Shown in pieces: positions 47,096 through 55,757 of a stretch of DNA of 64,000 bases. How positions within the stretch are numbered: the first letter of the stretch is position 1; each line of letters starts with the position of its first letter. The position numbers and the translations under genes are program-made. Under the pieces are notes generated by a model. That model was not told where the DNA came from. It searched no databases and saw nothing but the letters and a program-made list of their open reading frames with translations. The stretch comes from an uncultured Verrucomicrobiae bacterium (GTDB lineage Bacteria > Verrucomicrobiota > Verrucomicrobiia > Chthoniobacterales > JAATET01), in the NCBI GenBank assembly GCA_963719495.1, contig CAVRCI010000003.1, positions 32,001-96,000 on the forward strand. Direction: 5' to 3'.

Positions 47096-48336
47096 GGGGT
47101 CGGGGCCGGGATGGACCGCAGGTCCCGCACCTGGACGTGCCTCTGGGTGACCCGCGCGTGTTTCGTCCAGACCTCAAAATCCCCGCCGTCCTCGAAGCCG
47201 CCATGCTCCGCCCCGTGCATGGGTCGCAGGTCATGACGCCCCCCCGGCCACTTGCTTTTCGCGACGAGATCGAGGCTGACGTTCTCCAGAAGCACGTCCT
47301 CGATCTCGGCACCCTCGCTCCCCTCGATGAAGATGCCCGCCTCGGAGCGGCAGCGGATATTGTGAAAACGGATGTCGCGGATGCGTCCCGCCGCGTCACC
47401 GTCGTTGCGCGGAACGGACGTGACGTAGATCGGCTCGCCGTTGCCCCAATAGAGCGGATGGAACCGACGCGTTTCGATCGTGCAGTTCGAAAATGCCACG
47501 TTTTCGACCGTGCCCGTGTCCCGGAGCTGAATGCTGAGTCCGCGGTGGGAACGGTTGATGACACACCCATCGACGAGGATGTTGCGAAAATCCCCCGCGC
47601 TCTCGGTCCCGATCTTGATCGCCGCTGAGGTGCTCACCAGTCGGCAATCCGCGATGAGAATGTCCTCACACGGTCCCTGATCGGCGTGCTCGCGGGTGTT
47701 CTTGAGCACGATGCAATCGTCCGCCGCCTCGATGTGACAGCCGAGGATGCGCACGTCGCGGCAATGGTCGGGGTCGATGCCGTCGCAATTTGGCACGTCG
47801 AGACGGTTCAGGATCGTCAGCGACTGGCAGAGGACGATTTCGCAGCCCGTGAGGTGGATCGTCCACGACGCCGAGTCGCGGAACGTGAAGTCGCGCAGCG
47901 TCACCTGACGGCAATGGTGAAACCCGATCCCGCGCGGTCGCCAGGCCTTCGGCTTCCGAATGTAAGGTCCGTCGTCCGTGCGCCAGCCGTCCATGTAATC
48001 GAGCGCCGATCCGTCGATCACGCCGAGCCCCGTCACCGCGATCTGCTCGGCATCGCGCGCCTGAATGAGAAACGCCCCGTCGGCGACCCCGTAGAGCCCC
48101 GACATCCCGGTCTCGCCGAGGTAGTCGGCGGGATCGGGCGAGGCCTTCAACACGGCCCCGGCCTCCAGGTGCAGCTCCGTGCGGGAGTGCAACGTGAGCG
48201 TGCCGCACAGATGCCGACCCGCCGCCAGCGTGACCCGTCCGCCCCCGGCGGCACCCGCGGCGTCCAACGCCGACTGGATGCACTCGGTGGCGAGGGTCGA
48301 CGCCGACTCGGGCGGTTCAACGATGTGGGCGGACAT
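47092..48336 (-). CDS. GH28-related glycoside hydrolase, no signal peptide
   Basis: GLGVIDG, NCDGIDPD, ADDCIVLK, AIKIGTES. Confidence 0.9.
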   Translation of the reverse strand: MSAHIVEPPESASTLATECIQSALDAAGAAGGGRVTLAAGRHLCGTLTLHSRTELHLEAGAVLKASPDPADYLGETGMSGLYGVADGAFLIQARDAEQIAVTGLGVIDGSALDYMDGWRTDDGPYIRKPKAWRPRGIGFHHCRQVTLRDFTFRDSASWTIHLTGCEIVLCQSLTILNRLDVPNCDGIDPDHCRDVRILGCHIEAADDCIVLKNTREHADQGPCEDILIADCRLVSTSAAIKIGTESAGDFRNILVDGCVINRSHRGLSIQLRDTGTVENVAFSNCTIETRRFHPLYWGNGEPIYVTSVPRNDGDAAGRIRDIRFHNIRCRSEAGIFIEGSEGAEIEDVLLENVSLDLVAKSKWPGGRHDLRPMHGAEHGGFEDGGDFEVWTKHARVTQRHVQVRDLRSIPAPTP

Positions 48337-48377
48337 GAGTGGAAGCGAACACCGCGCCAATCGCGCGGCTCGCCATT

Positions 48378-51300
48378 TTAGAGCGAAGCGTCGTCCGTGT
48401 GCGCCTCCGGGTCGCCGCCCGCCGGTGCCTTGGTGGACGTCATCTCCCCGAGCGCGGCCAGCGGGTCCGCGCCGAGCAGCACGGTGTCCTTGCCGTCGCG
48501 TTTCACGACCGCGACGCCGGGCACGCCGGGCGCAGGCTGGGAGGCCAGGTAAATCTCCTCGCTCTCACCGTCCAGCTCGACCCGCACGCCCGTGCCACCC
48601 GCCAGCGCGGTGAACTTCGGCTCTTTCGTCCCCCGCTTTTGCGGGTAGAGCACCCAGAGCATCGGCGTATCGGGACCGGTTTCGACGCGCACCCATTTCT
48701 GGTATTCGCCGGCCAGCCATTTCCCCTTCCAATCCTTCGGCGGAATGAGCGCCTCGCCGTCGGTGTCCTTGATCTTCGCGTGCCAGGCCTCCATTTCCTT
48801 CTGATCCTCGGGCACGATCTTCTTCCCGTCCTTGCGCGGCCATTTGTCGGGACCACTCATGTGTTCGTCGAAGTAATACCAACGCCCGACCTCGAAGTCG
48901 TCGATGTCGGGATTCGCCAGGAACACCACCGCGTCGGTGTCCCACTGACCCTCCGCCCGGATGATCTGGCCGTCGCGCTTCACGTCCCGCGCGAGCAGGT
49001 GAATGTTCAGATGCTGCCGATCCGCGCTCCGCGTCTCGTCGCGCACGACGAGGTAGTCCGCCAACGCGCTCTTCTCCGGATGCTTCACGAGCATGAGAAA
49101 GCGCCGGTGCGTGATCGGCACCGCGGCCTTCCGCGTCGGGTAATGATACTGAAACTTCGCGTCGTCCGGATAGATCGGCGCGAGCGTGAGCGTCTCGTCC
49201 GTCCGCTCCGCCACGACCACGTCGGCAACCGGCGTGGACTCGAACCCGCCGACCCGCGCCGTGGCCTGAATCTGCTCCATCGCGGGCACTTCCGTCGAAT
49301 CGCCCTCGTGGATGAACGGACGCTGAACGCCGAACGTCATCGAGTTGTGCAGCGCCGCGTGGTCGCCGCGCGGGTGATACGAGCAGTTGTAGTCCAGCGA
49401 GAGCGGCGCGCCGGCCCCGTAGAAATGGTAGCTCAACTCGTCGTTGTGATAATGCCCGCGCGCCGGTCCGGCCTTGAAGCTCACGAACGTCTCATCAGGC
49501 TGGCCAAACCGCGTGCGCATGATCGAGCCAAAGCCGTAGTAATCAGCACTCCCCCACTCCATCTTCTCCGCCGGAGTCGCCGGGATGCCGTGATCGATCA
49601 TCACCAACTCCGTGAGCAGCGACGTGTCCACACCGTTCTCGGACACGAGGTTGTAGGTCCCCATCATCTCCGACGCGAAATCCGGGTCGGCTTCTTTGAA
49701 AAATTTCGCCAACTGCCCAAACGCCGCCCCCGCGCCCGACACCCACCGGTGCGTGTCGCCAATGGGCGCTTCGTGCCGCAGACCCAGCCGCGCGTCGAAG
49801 GGCGTCAGCAAATTCCGGTGCCATTGGCCGGTCTTCTTGTAGAGCGGGTTGTCGACCACCGGATTCGCGAAGCCGATGTTGTTGAAGAGCGAGCCGATCT
49901 CGAGCTGCAGGTGCAGCGCGTAACCGGAATAGCCCGGGCACTCGTAGCCCACCCCATCGATCGGCAGCAGCGTGCGCTCCTGGTCGTCCTTGAAATTCTC
50001 CAGCGCAAAGTTCAGCCACTCCTCCGAGTCGGGATGATCCCGCAGCCCCGCCCCGGCGAACGCCGCGACCATGTATTTGTCGGTGTGGAAGTTCGGATTT
50101 CCCGGTCCCCAACCAAGCTCGTAGCCCGGCCACTGGTCGAGGTCCGTGAAGATGTAGCCCAGCGCCGCCTGCGACGGGCCGCCGATGGGTTGCCCATCGC
50201 TGAACAGGTCCGCGAGCGCAAACTGGTCGTCGAGTTGACGCACCGCCCGGCTCGTCGGATTCAGAAAGTCGTCCTGGTAACGCCGTCCCAACCAAAGCCC
50301 CGCGTCGGGCAGCCGCGGCGGCTTCACTTCCTCGCCCTTGATCAACGCGACCAGATCCTTTTCCACGCCCTTGAGCTCCTCACCGTTTTCCAGCCGCTCC
50401 CGCAGCACCTTCATCACCGGCGTGTCCTTGTTCTCCGCAAAATCCTTCTGCAGCCGCTCCAGCGTCGCCTCGTCGAGGAGGATCGACGGTCCCGCCTTCG
50501 ACGGATCGCGATTCCACTCCAGCACGTATTCGTGCATCTGATCGTCCAGCGTCCAGTCGACGTGACGCCGCACGATGCTGTTCAGTTTATCCGTCGTGTC
50601 GAAGAGTTCCCGCCGCCCGGCGAGCACCGCATACGAGCGCGTCCCTGCGGCCACCGGGAACTTCATCCGCGCCGTGTTTCCATTCTCCGCGTAGATGCGG
50701 ATCGTCTGCGCGTAAGGATTCTCCCACAGCATCGGGTGCGTCGCCACGACCCCGAACGCCGGTGCCTGCGGGTCGTATTTCGCGTTCTCCGTCTTCTTCC
50801 CCGGCGTGGCCCCCGAGCTGGTCACGAGAAAATCCTGACCGCCCCCCGGCATCTGATTCCACCGCGGACGCAGCGCGACGAACGGCCCGCGCTGCCCCGG
50901 CTGAGGCTCCAGCGGAACGTAATTCATGTTCGTGTTCCCGCCGAAGTTCTCGTAGCCAAACCACCGAATCCACATCGCCGTGTCGATGCCCTCGTTCAAC
51001 TCCCAGAAATAATCCAGCTTGCCCTCCTCGACGTCCGTGCTCTCCCGCACCGCGATCCACGGATCGCCCGCGACGAACCGCAGCGTCGCCGTGTATTTCT
51101 TACCGCCCTCGAAAACGTAGGCCACCTCGACATCGATGAAGACCGGCCCCTCGGTGACCACCCGCGTCGTGATCGATTCCACCGTCACGTCGCCCTCGAA
51201 CCACGCCCGACCCCGCCAATCCTTCCCGCCCTTCAACCGGATGCCGCCCAGCACCGGCGGCGCGTCCTTCGCGGCCACGGGCGCACTCAGCTTCGGAGCC

Positions 51301-51659
51301 GGCACGCGAAATTCGTAGTCCCCGTTGCTCACCACGATGGCGTCCCCGTCCCGCCGCTGCGCGAGCGGCGAATCCGTCGCCCCCTTCACCAGCGACACCT
51401 CCTTCGATTCCTCCCCCTTCTTGCCACCCTCGAGAGTCGCGATGAACCACACCCGCGCCTTCCCGTCCGGCAGCGACTCGACCTGCGCCGGGCGCTTCTC
51501 CCCACCGATCTCCACGGACATCGCCCCGGACGCCGACGGCACGTCCTGATGAACCAGCTCACCCGGCCAATCCAGCTTCAGCGGATTCGAAATCGTGAAA
51601 GATTCCTGGGCGACGAGCAGGGACGGAAGCAAACAGCAGACGAGGAGGAACGAGCGCAT
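48378..51659 (-). CDS. Large secreted heparinase II/III-like polysaccharide lyase candidate
   Basis: Signal peptide from MRSFLLVCC; DG..YECPGYS.Y, GHYHNDELS, HNSMTF. Confidence 0.75.
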   Translation of the reverse strand: MRSFLLVCCLLPSLLVAQESFTISNPLKLDWPGELVHQDVPSASGAMSVEIGGEKRPAQVESLPDGKARVWFIATLEGGKKGEESKEVSLVKGATDSPLAQRRDGDAIVVSNGDYEFRVPAPKLSAPVAAKDAPPVLGGIRLKGGKDWRGRAWFEGDVTVESITTRVVTEGPVFIDVEVAYVFEGGKKYTATLRFVAGDPWIAVRESTDVEEGKLDYFWELNEGIDTAMWIRWFGYENFGGNTNMNYVPLEPQPGQRGPFVALRPRWNQMPGGGQDFLVTSSGATPGKKTENAKYDPQAPAFGVVATHPMLWENPYAQTIRIYAENGNTARMKFPVAAGTRSYAVLAGRRELFDTTDKLNSIVRRHVDWTLDDQMHEYVLEWNRDPSKAGPSILLDEATLERLQKDFAENKDTPVMKVLRERLENGEELKGVEKDLVALIKGEEVKPPRLPDAGLWLGRRYQDDFLNPTSRAVRQLDDQFALADLFSDGQPIGGPSQAALGYIFTDLDQWPGYELGWGPGNPNFHTDKYMVAAFAGAGLRDHPDSEEWLNFALENFKDDQERTLLPIDGVGYECPGYSGYALHLQLEIGSLFNNIGFANPVVDNPLYKKTGQWHRNLLTPFDARLGLRHEAPIGDTHRWVSGAGAAFGQLAKFFKEADPDFASEMMGTYNLVSENGVDTSLLTELVMIDHGIPATPAEKMEWGSADYYGFGSIMRTRFGQPDETFVSFKAGPARGHYHNDELSYHFYGAGAPLSLDYNCSYHPRGDHAALHNSMTFGVQRPFIHEGDSTEVPAMEQIQATARVGGFESTPVADVVVAERTDETLTLAPIYPDDAKFQYHYPTRKAAVPITHRRFLMLVKHPEKSALADYLVVRDETRSADRQHLNIHLLARDVKRDGQIIRAEGQWDTDAVVFLANPDIDDFEVGRWYYFDEHMSGPDKWPRKDGKKIVPEDQKEMEAWHAKIKDTDGEALIPPKDWKGKWLAGEYQKWVRVETGPDTPMLWVLYPQKRGTKEPKFTALAGGTGVRVELDGESEEIYLASQPAPGVPGVAVVKRDGKDTVLLGADPLAALGEMTSTKAPAGGDPEAHTDDASL

Positions 51660-51668
51660 GATCGGGCA

Positions 51669-51732
51669 ACCATAGAAACCCCCGCCACCCGAGGCAACGG
51701 CCCGGCGGGCAATCCGCATGTTTACGCGTAGA
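51669..51732 (-). promoter_or_regulatory. Site TTTACGCGTAGA (51721-51732) plus promoter
   Basis: TTGCCT(51697)-N17-TATGGT(51674), 47 bp from the site. Confidence 0.85.
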
Positions 51733-51825
51733 ATTTTCAATACGGATCGGTATCGCGTCCGTCATTTTCGCGCACGAATTGTCGCGTCAAGAAGGTCCTG
51801 CAGGATCCAACGCCATCTCGTTCCT

Positions 51826-51867
51826 GAGGGGTCGCCTGAGGGGTCGGTCATTCATTTTGACACATCG
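51826..51867. repeat. Third copy of the GGGGTCGGTCATTCATWTTGACACATCG motif
   Basis: Near-identical to the copies at 12.3 kb. Confidence 0.75.
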
Positions 51868-52001
51868 ATGGGGACTCGGCGGCTCCTGCGAAAGCGCGCG
51901 AACGTCAAATGCGGCGGCGGCGGGCCGATCTGCAACCAAGCCGGGGCTGAGGGTCAAATGCAACGCGGATGGGATGCACGTCGCGGCGACGGGGATCGCG
52001 T

Positions 52002-55000
52002 TCAGCGGGTGATTTTCAGCCGTACGAAGCGCCGGGGGGCACCGTCGCTGGGGATCGTCGCCTCCATCCGGACGGTATCGCCGAGATCCGCGATTTGTTG
52101 CTCCGTCACTCCGGCACTCGACCAATTGACGAGGTCGTCGCTCCATTTCACCGCACCCGATACATCGACCGCGGTTTTGAGCCGCAGGTAGCGAAACTGC
52201 AGATTGGTGCCGTTGCGCTCGAGCTCCGTGGTGTCGTTGCCATCGGCGACGCTCGGATTCGAACCCTGAAAATATTCCGAAAGCGTCGTCTGACGGTCAC
52301 TGTCGAGGTCCGCGGACTCGCCCCAATGGGTGGCTTCCTTCGCGGGATCCGCCAGGATCGCGGGGGAGAAATGGGCCGAGAGCCACGCTTCGTAAGGAGA
52401 GGTGCTCGCGAGTCCGGTTGCCTCGAAGCCGCTGAACTGGACCACCGGGCGCGAACTGGTCCGTGCATCGCTGCCCGCCATGAGGCCGACCGCCGTGACG
52501 TCGGCAAAGTCGCGGGGCAGGAAGATGGCGCTCTGCTGGTCGAAGTCCAGACTCGTCGCCGGATCGTAGGGTGCCCAGTAGCCGTCGGTGCCGTCGGTGT
52601 GGAAGGCCAGCGTCGCGGTGCCGCTGCTCGGCGTTATCAGGTCCTGCGAGACAAAGAACTGCGTGCCCTCGCGCACCAACCAGCGCACTTCGCCGGCGCT
52701 GGTCAGCGTGACGCCCGACATCCGCAGGATGCTGCTGCCGGTGAACTTCACGCGCTGCGTCGCTCCACCGGCGAGGAAGTCGGCCTTGTCGAAATACAGC
52801 AAGCCGATGAGCCGTCCCGATTGCCCGGCACCATTCGCAACGAGCGAGATCTTGAGCGAGTCGTTGCCGGAGCTGCTGTTCTCGACCCGGGCGCGGTCGA
52901 ATTTGCGCGTTGGCGGATTGAGGGTTTCCACTCGCCACCCCCCGTAGAATGGCATGCCCGAGTAACCGGTGGTCGGGTTCAGTGGCGAGCTCGTGCTGAA
53001 CGTGTGCTGGGCGACGCTGTCGTCCGCCGTGCCATCGCCATCCAGGTCGACGAGTTGCGCGGCTGGATCGGCGTCGCGCAGATTCCGATGCGTGGTCACG
53101 AGCCCGCCGGTGTTCCCCCAGCTCACGAAGGTATGCGGCGCGGCGCTGGCCGGGCCGACGTGAACCTGACGCGCGAGGATCCTTAAGCGCAGGTCGCTGT
53201 CGGTAACGGTGAGCTGCATCTGATAGGTGCCGGCTTGCGCGAACGTGTGGTTGGTCACCGCGCCCGCGCCCACCGATCCATCGCCGAAATTCCACGAGTG
53301 GAGGATCGGAATCCCATCCGCGTCGCGTGACGGCGTCGCGTCGAAGATCGCGGTCAGCGGCGCGGGTCCGCCCGGGGGAGAAACGATCACGCGCGCCGTG
53401 GGATCGAGCGGCGTTGGTGCGGGACCCGTGCTCGTGATTTCGAGGAAATCGAGCCGCGCCCGGTTCGAGCCGGATACGCCGCTGATGCGGAGGTGATGCG
53501 GTCCGTCGGGCAGCTCGCCGGAATCCCAGATGCGCGACTGATGGAGCGGCGAGCCGCTCTGCACGTGGATGGTCTGCTGCGGCGTCCCCATGTCGTCGAG
53601 GTAAATGGCGATGTTCTGCGCGTTATTGTTGCTGAATCCGTAGACGACGGCGCGAGTGCCGTGGAAGTCGACTTCCGCCGACCCGCCGCCCGATGTCTCG
53701 CGCAGGTCGCGGCCGAAGTGGCTGGCGTCGGTGAGCGTGCTCCACGAGCCGGTGTAGAGCACATTGGGATGATTCTCCTGCAGCACAAGCTGGTGCCTGA
53801 GCACCAGGCGGCGCGGTGCCGACCACGTCTCGGCACCGAGGTCGTCGACCATTTTCACCCGCACCTCGTGGACGCCGCCCGGCGCGCCCGCCCACGTGAG
53901 GCGATACGGCGCGACGGTGACGGCGGGCTGCGGCGTGCCGTCGAGCTGGAACGTGACCGACGCGATGCTGCGTCCCGCCGAGACGAATCCCGCCGCTTCG
54001 AGGGTCACGGCGCCGGGCATCGCGTACCCGCCGTTGGGCGAGACGAGATCGACCGCGGCGGATCCGGTGTGCCGGAACTGAAGCTGCGCGGCATAAAGAT
54101 CGGGAATGCCCGGCTCCGCACCTGGGTCGGCGATGATGTTGCCTTTCTCGCCTGGGACCATGGCCCACGCGTCGCTGGTGTCGGTCGGCGCGCCCCGAAC
54201 GCCGACGAGCGCGCCGAGCGAATGCGCGTCCGGCTGATTCACGTAGAGTCCGCCGTTGGCAAGCTGCCCGCCGCCGGTAATCTCCACGTTCCAGTGCACG
54301 ACGTTCTTACCCACGAAAGGGCCGAAGTCGTTCGCGCCGCCGGGACCGCCGTCGTTGAACAGCGAGATGTCGGTCCTGACGATGTCGAAGGGCATGAAGC
54401 GGTGCGAATCGAAGGTGCCGTGGTTCATCACGCCGTGCCGACAGACGATCCCACTCGAGAGATCCTCCACGCTGATACCGTGGTGGACCGGCGCATCGAG
54501 GAGGAAATCCTCCAGCAGGCAATCGGTCCCGCGCACGAAGGTCTGCGCGTGGTGCATCCTCACGGTGCCCGTGAATTCGATGCCACTGAGCGCGAGCCCC
54601 TTGTTGCTGCGGCTCAGCACGCCGTTCTCGGCGTTGGCTATCCGCACGCGGCGCACCCAGCAGTTGATCGTCTTGGTGAAAAAGACCGCGTTCCATCCGT
54701 CGTAGGTGTTGTGCGGTTTCGTCAGCGGCGCGCCGACCATCTCGATCGTCAGGTCTTCGATCCCGATCTCTTCCACAACCGGCCCGGTCGGCTCGAAGCC
54801 CACCTCGAATCCGGCGCGCACGTCCGCCCGCAGCGGTTGGGCGAGCGTGATCGTATTGCCCGCGATGGCGCGGATTTCCACCGGCCACTGCCACTGGGCG
54901 CGATCGTTGAGCGCGCCGGCGCCGCCCCAGTTGAAATTTCCCATGAGCGAATGTCCGGCGAGGTGTTTCCAAAGCGCGTAGCTGTCCGCCGCCCCCTTGT

Positions 55001-55745
55001 TCCGCCAGCACAGGAGGTAGTGCTGTCCCGCCCGCAGTTGCGAGGCATCGTTCACCTCGACCGTGAAGCTTCCGCGCGTCGGGGTATTCGTCACGTCGGC
55101 CAGGCGGGGACCGCTCCAGGCCGTGCTGCCCGACCACCACGCCGACCAGTCGCCGCCATAATCGGTGCCGCCGAAGGTCTCGATGACTTTGCGATTCACG
55201 GTGTCGAGCTGCTCCGGTGGTGAGACCCAAAGCATCCCGCCCTGCCACGACCAACGCGATCCGCCCGAACCCGTCAGGTCGGGAGCGATCGCAGCGGCCA
55301 GTGAACGGTCGAATCGGAGCGTGGTCGTTTCCAATCCCGCCCCCCGCAGCACCACGCCCGACCGCGACAGGTGGACCACGCCGCGCGCGAGAACGACGCC
55401 CGGCGGCAGCAGCACCGCGCCGCCGCCCATGCGCCAGGCCGCGTCGATCGCCGCCCGCAGCGCCCCGGTGTTGTCGGTGGTGCCATCGGCCACCACCCCG
55501 TAGTCCGCCGCACGCACGACGACCGGCACATCCGGGATCGGCACGTCGCCGCGACGATAGCCCGCGTAGGAATTATTCGGAATGTTCGGGTGCGAATTCG
55601 GCGACGCCGCGTAGGCGCTCCAGACATCCTCCGCGGTCTGCGAATGGGCCGCGCCTGCCCCGAATCCCAGGATCAGGACCAATGCCAACGCGGGCTGCAG
55701 AAGTCTTACCGGAACTGCGCTGCGAGTGATGGAGATCGTTGTCAC
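52002..55745 (-). CDS. Secreted beta-helix glycan enzyme, paralog 3: beta-helix + Ig-like + galactose-binding-like + PKD + extra C-terminal domains
   Basis: HPNIPNNSYAGY, DGTTDNT, GTFDSH; PKD WNFGDG..HTF..AGTY; terminal YEAWL..HF...DLDSD...EYFQG.NP...RRFVRLKITR. Confidence 0.88.
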   Translation of the reverse strand: MTTISITRSAVPVRLLQPALALVLILGFGAGAAHSQTAEDVWSAYAASPNSHPNIPNNSYAGYRRGDVPIPDVPVVVRAADYGVVADGTTDNTGALRAAIDAAWRMGGGAVLLPPGVVLARGVVHLSRSGVVLRGAGLETTTLRFDRSLAAAIAPDLTGSGGSRWSWQGGMLWVSPPEQLDTVNRKVIETFGGTDYGGDWSAWWSGSTAWSGPRLADVTNTPTRGSFTVEVNDASQLRAGQHYLLCWRNKGAADSYALWKHLAGHSLMGNFNWGGAGALNDRAQWQWPVEIRAIAGNTITLAQPLRADVRAGFEVGFEPTGPVVEEIGIEDLTIEMVGAPLTKPHNTYDGWNAVFFTKTINCWVRRVRIANAENGVLSRSNKGLALSGIEFTGTVRMHHAQTFVRGTDCLLEDFLLDAPVHHGISVEDLSSGIVCRHGVMNHGTFDSHRFMPFDIVRTDISLFNDGGPGGANDFGPFVGKNVVHWNVEITGGGQLANGGLYVNQPDAHSLGALVGVRGAPTDTSDAWAMVPGEKGNIIADPGAEPGIPDLYAAQLQFRHTGSAAVDLVSPNGGYAMPGAVTLEAAGFVSAGRSIASVTFQLDGTPQPAVTVAPYRLTWAGAPGGVHEVRVKMVDDLGAETWSAPRRLVLRHQLVLQENHPNVLYTGSWSTLTDASHFGRDLRETSGGGSAEVDFHGTRAVVYGFSNNNAQNIAIYLDDMGTPQQTIHVQSGSPLHQSRIWDSGELPDGPHHLRISGVSGSNRARLDFLEITSTGPAPTPLDPTARVIVSPPGGPAPLTAIFDATPSRDADGIPILHSWNFGDGSVGAGAVTNHTFAQAGTYQMQLTVTDSDLRLRILARQVHVGPASAAPHTFVSWGNTGGLVTTHRNLRDADPAAQLVDLDGDGTADDSVAQHTFSTSSPLNPTTGYSGMPFYGGWRVETLNPPTRKFDRARVENSSSGNDSLKISLVANGAGQSGRLIGLLYFDKADFLAGGATQRVKFTGSSILRMSGVTLTSAGEVRWLVREGTQFFVSQDLITPSSGTATLAFHTDGTDGYWAPYDPATSLDFDQQSAIFLPRDFADVTAVGLMAGSDARTSSRPVVQFSGFEATGLASTSPYEAWLSAHFSPAILADPAKEATHWGESADLDSDRQTTLSEYFQGSNPSVADGNDTTELERNGTNLQFRYLRLKTAVDVSGAVKWSDDLVNWSSAGVTEQQIADLGDTVRMEATIPSDGAPRRFVRLKITR

Positions 55746-55757
55746 GGAAAGAGAAGG

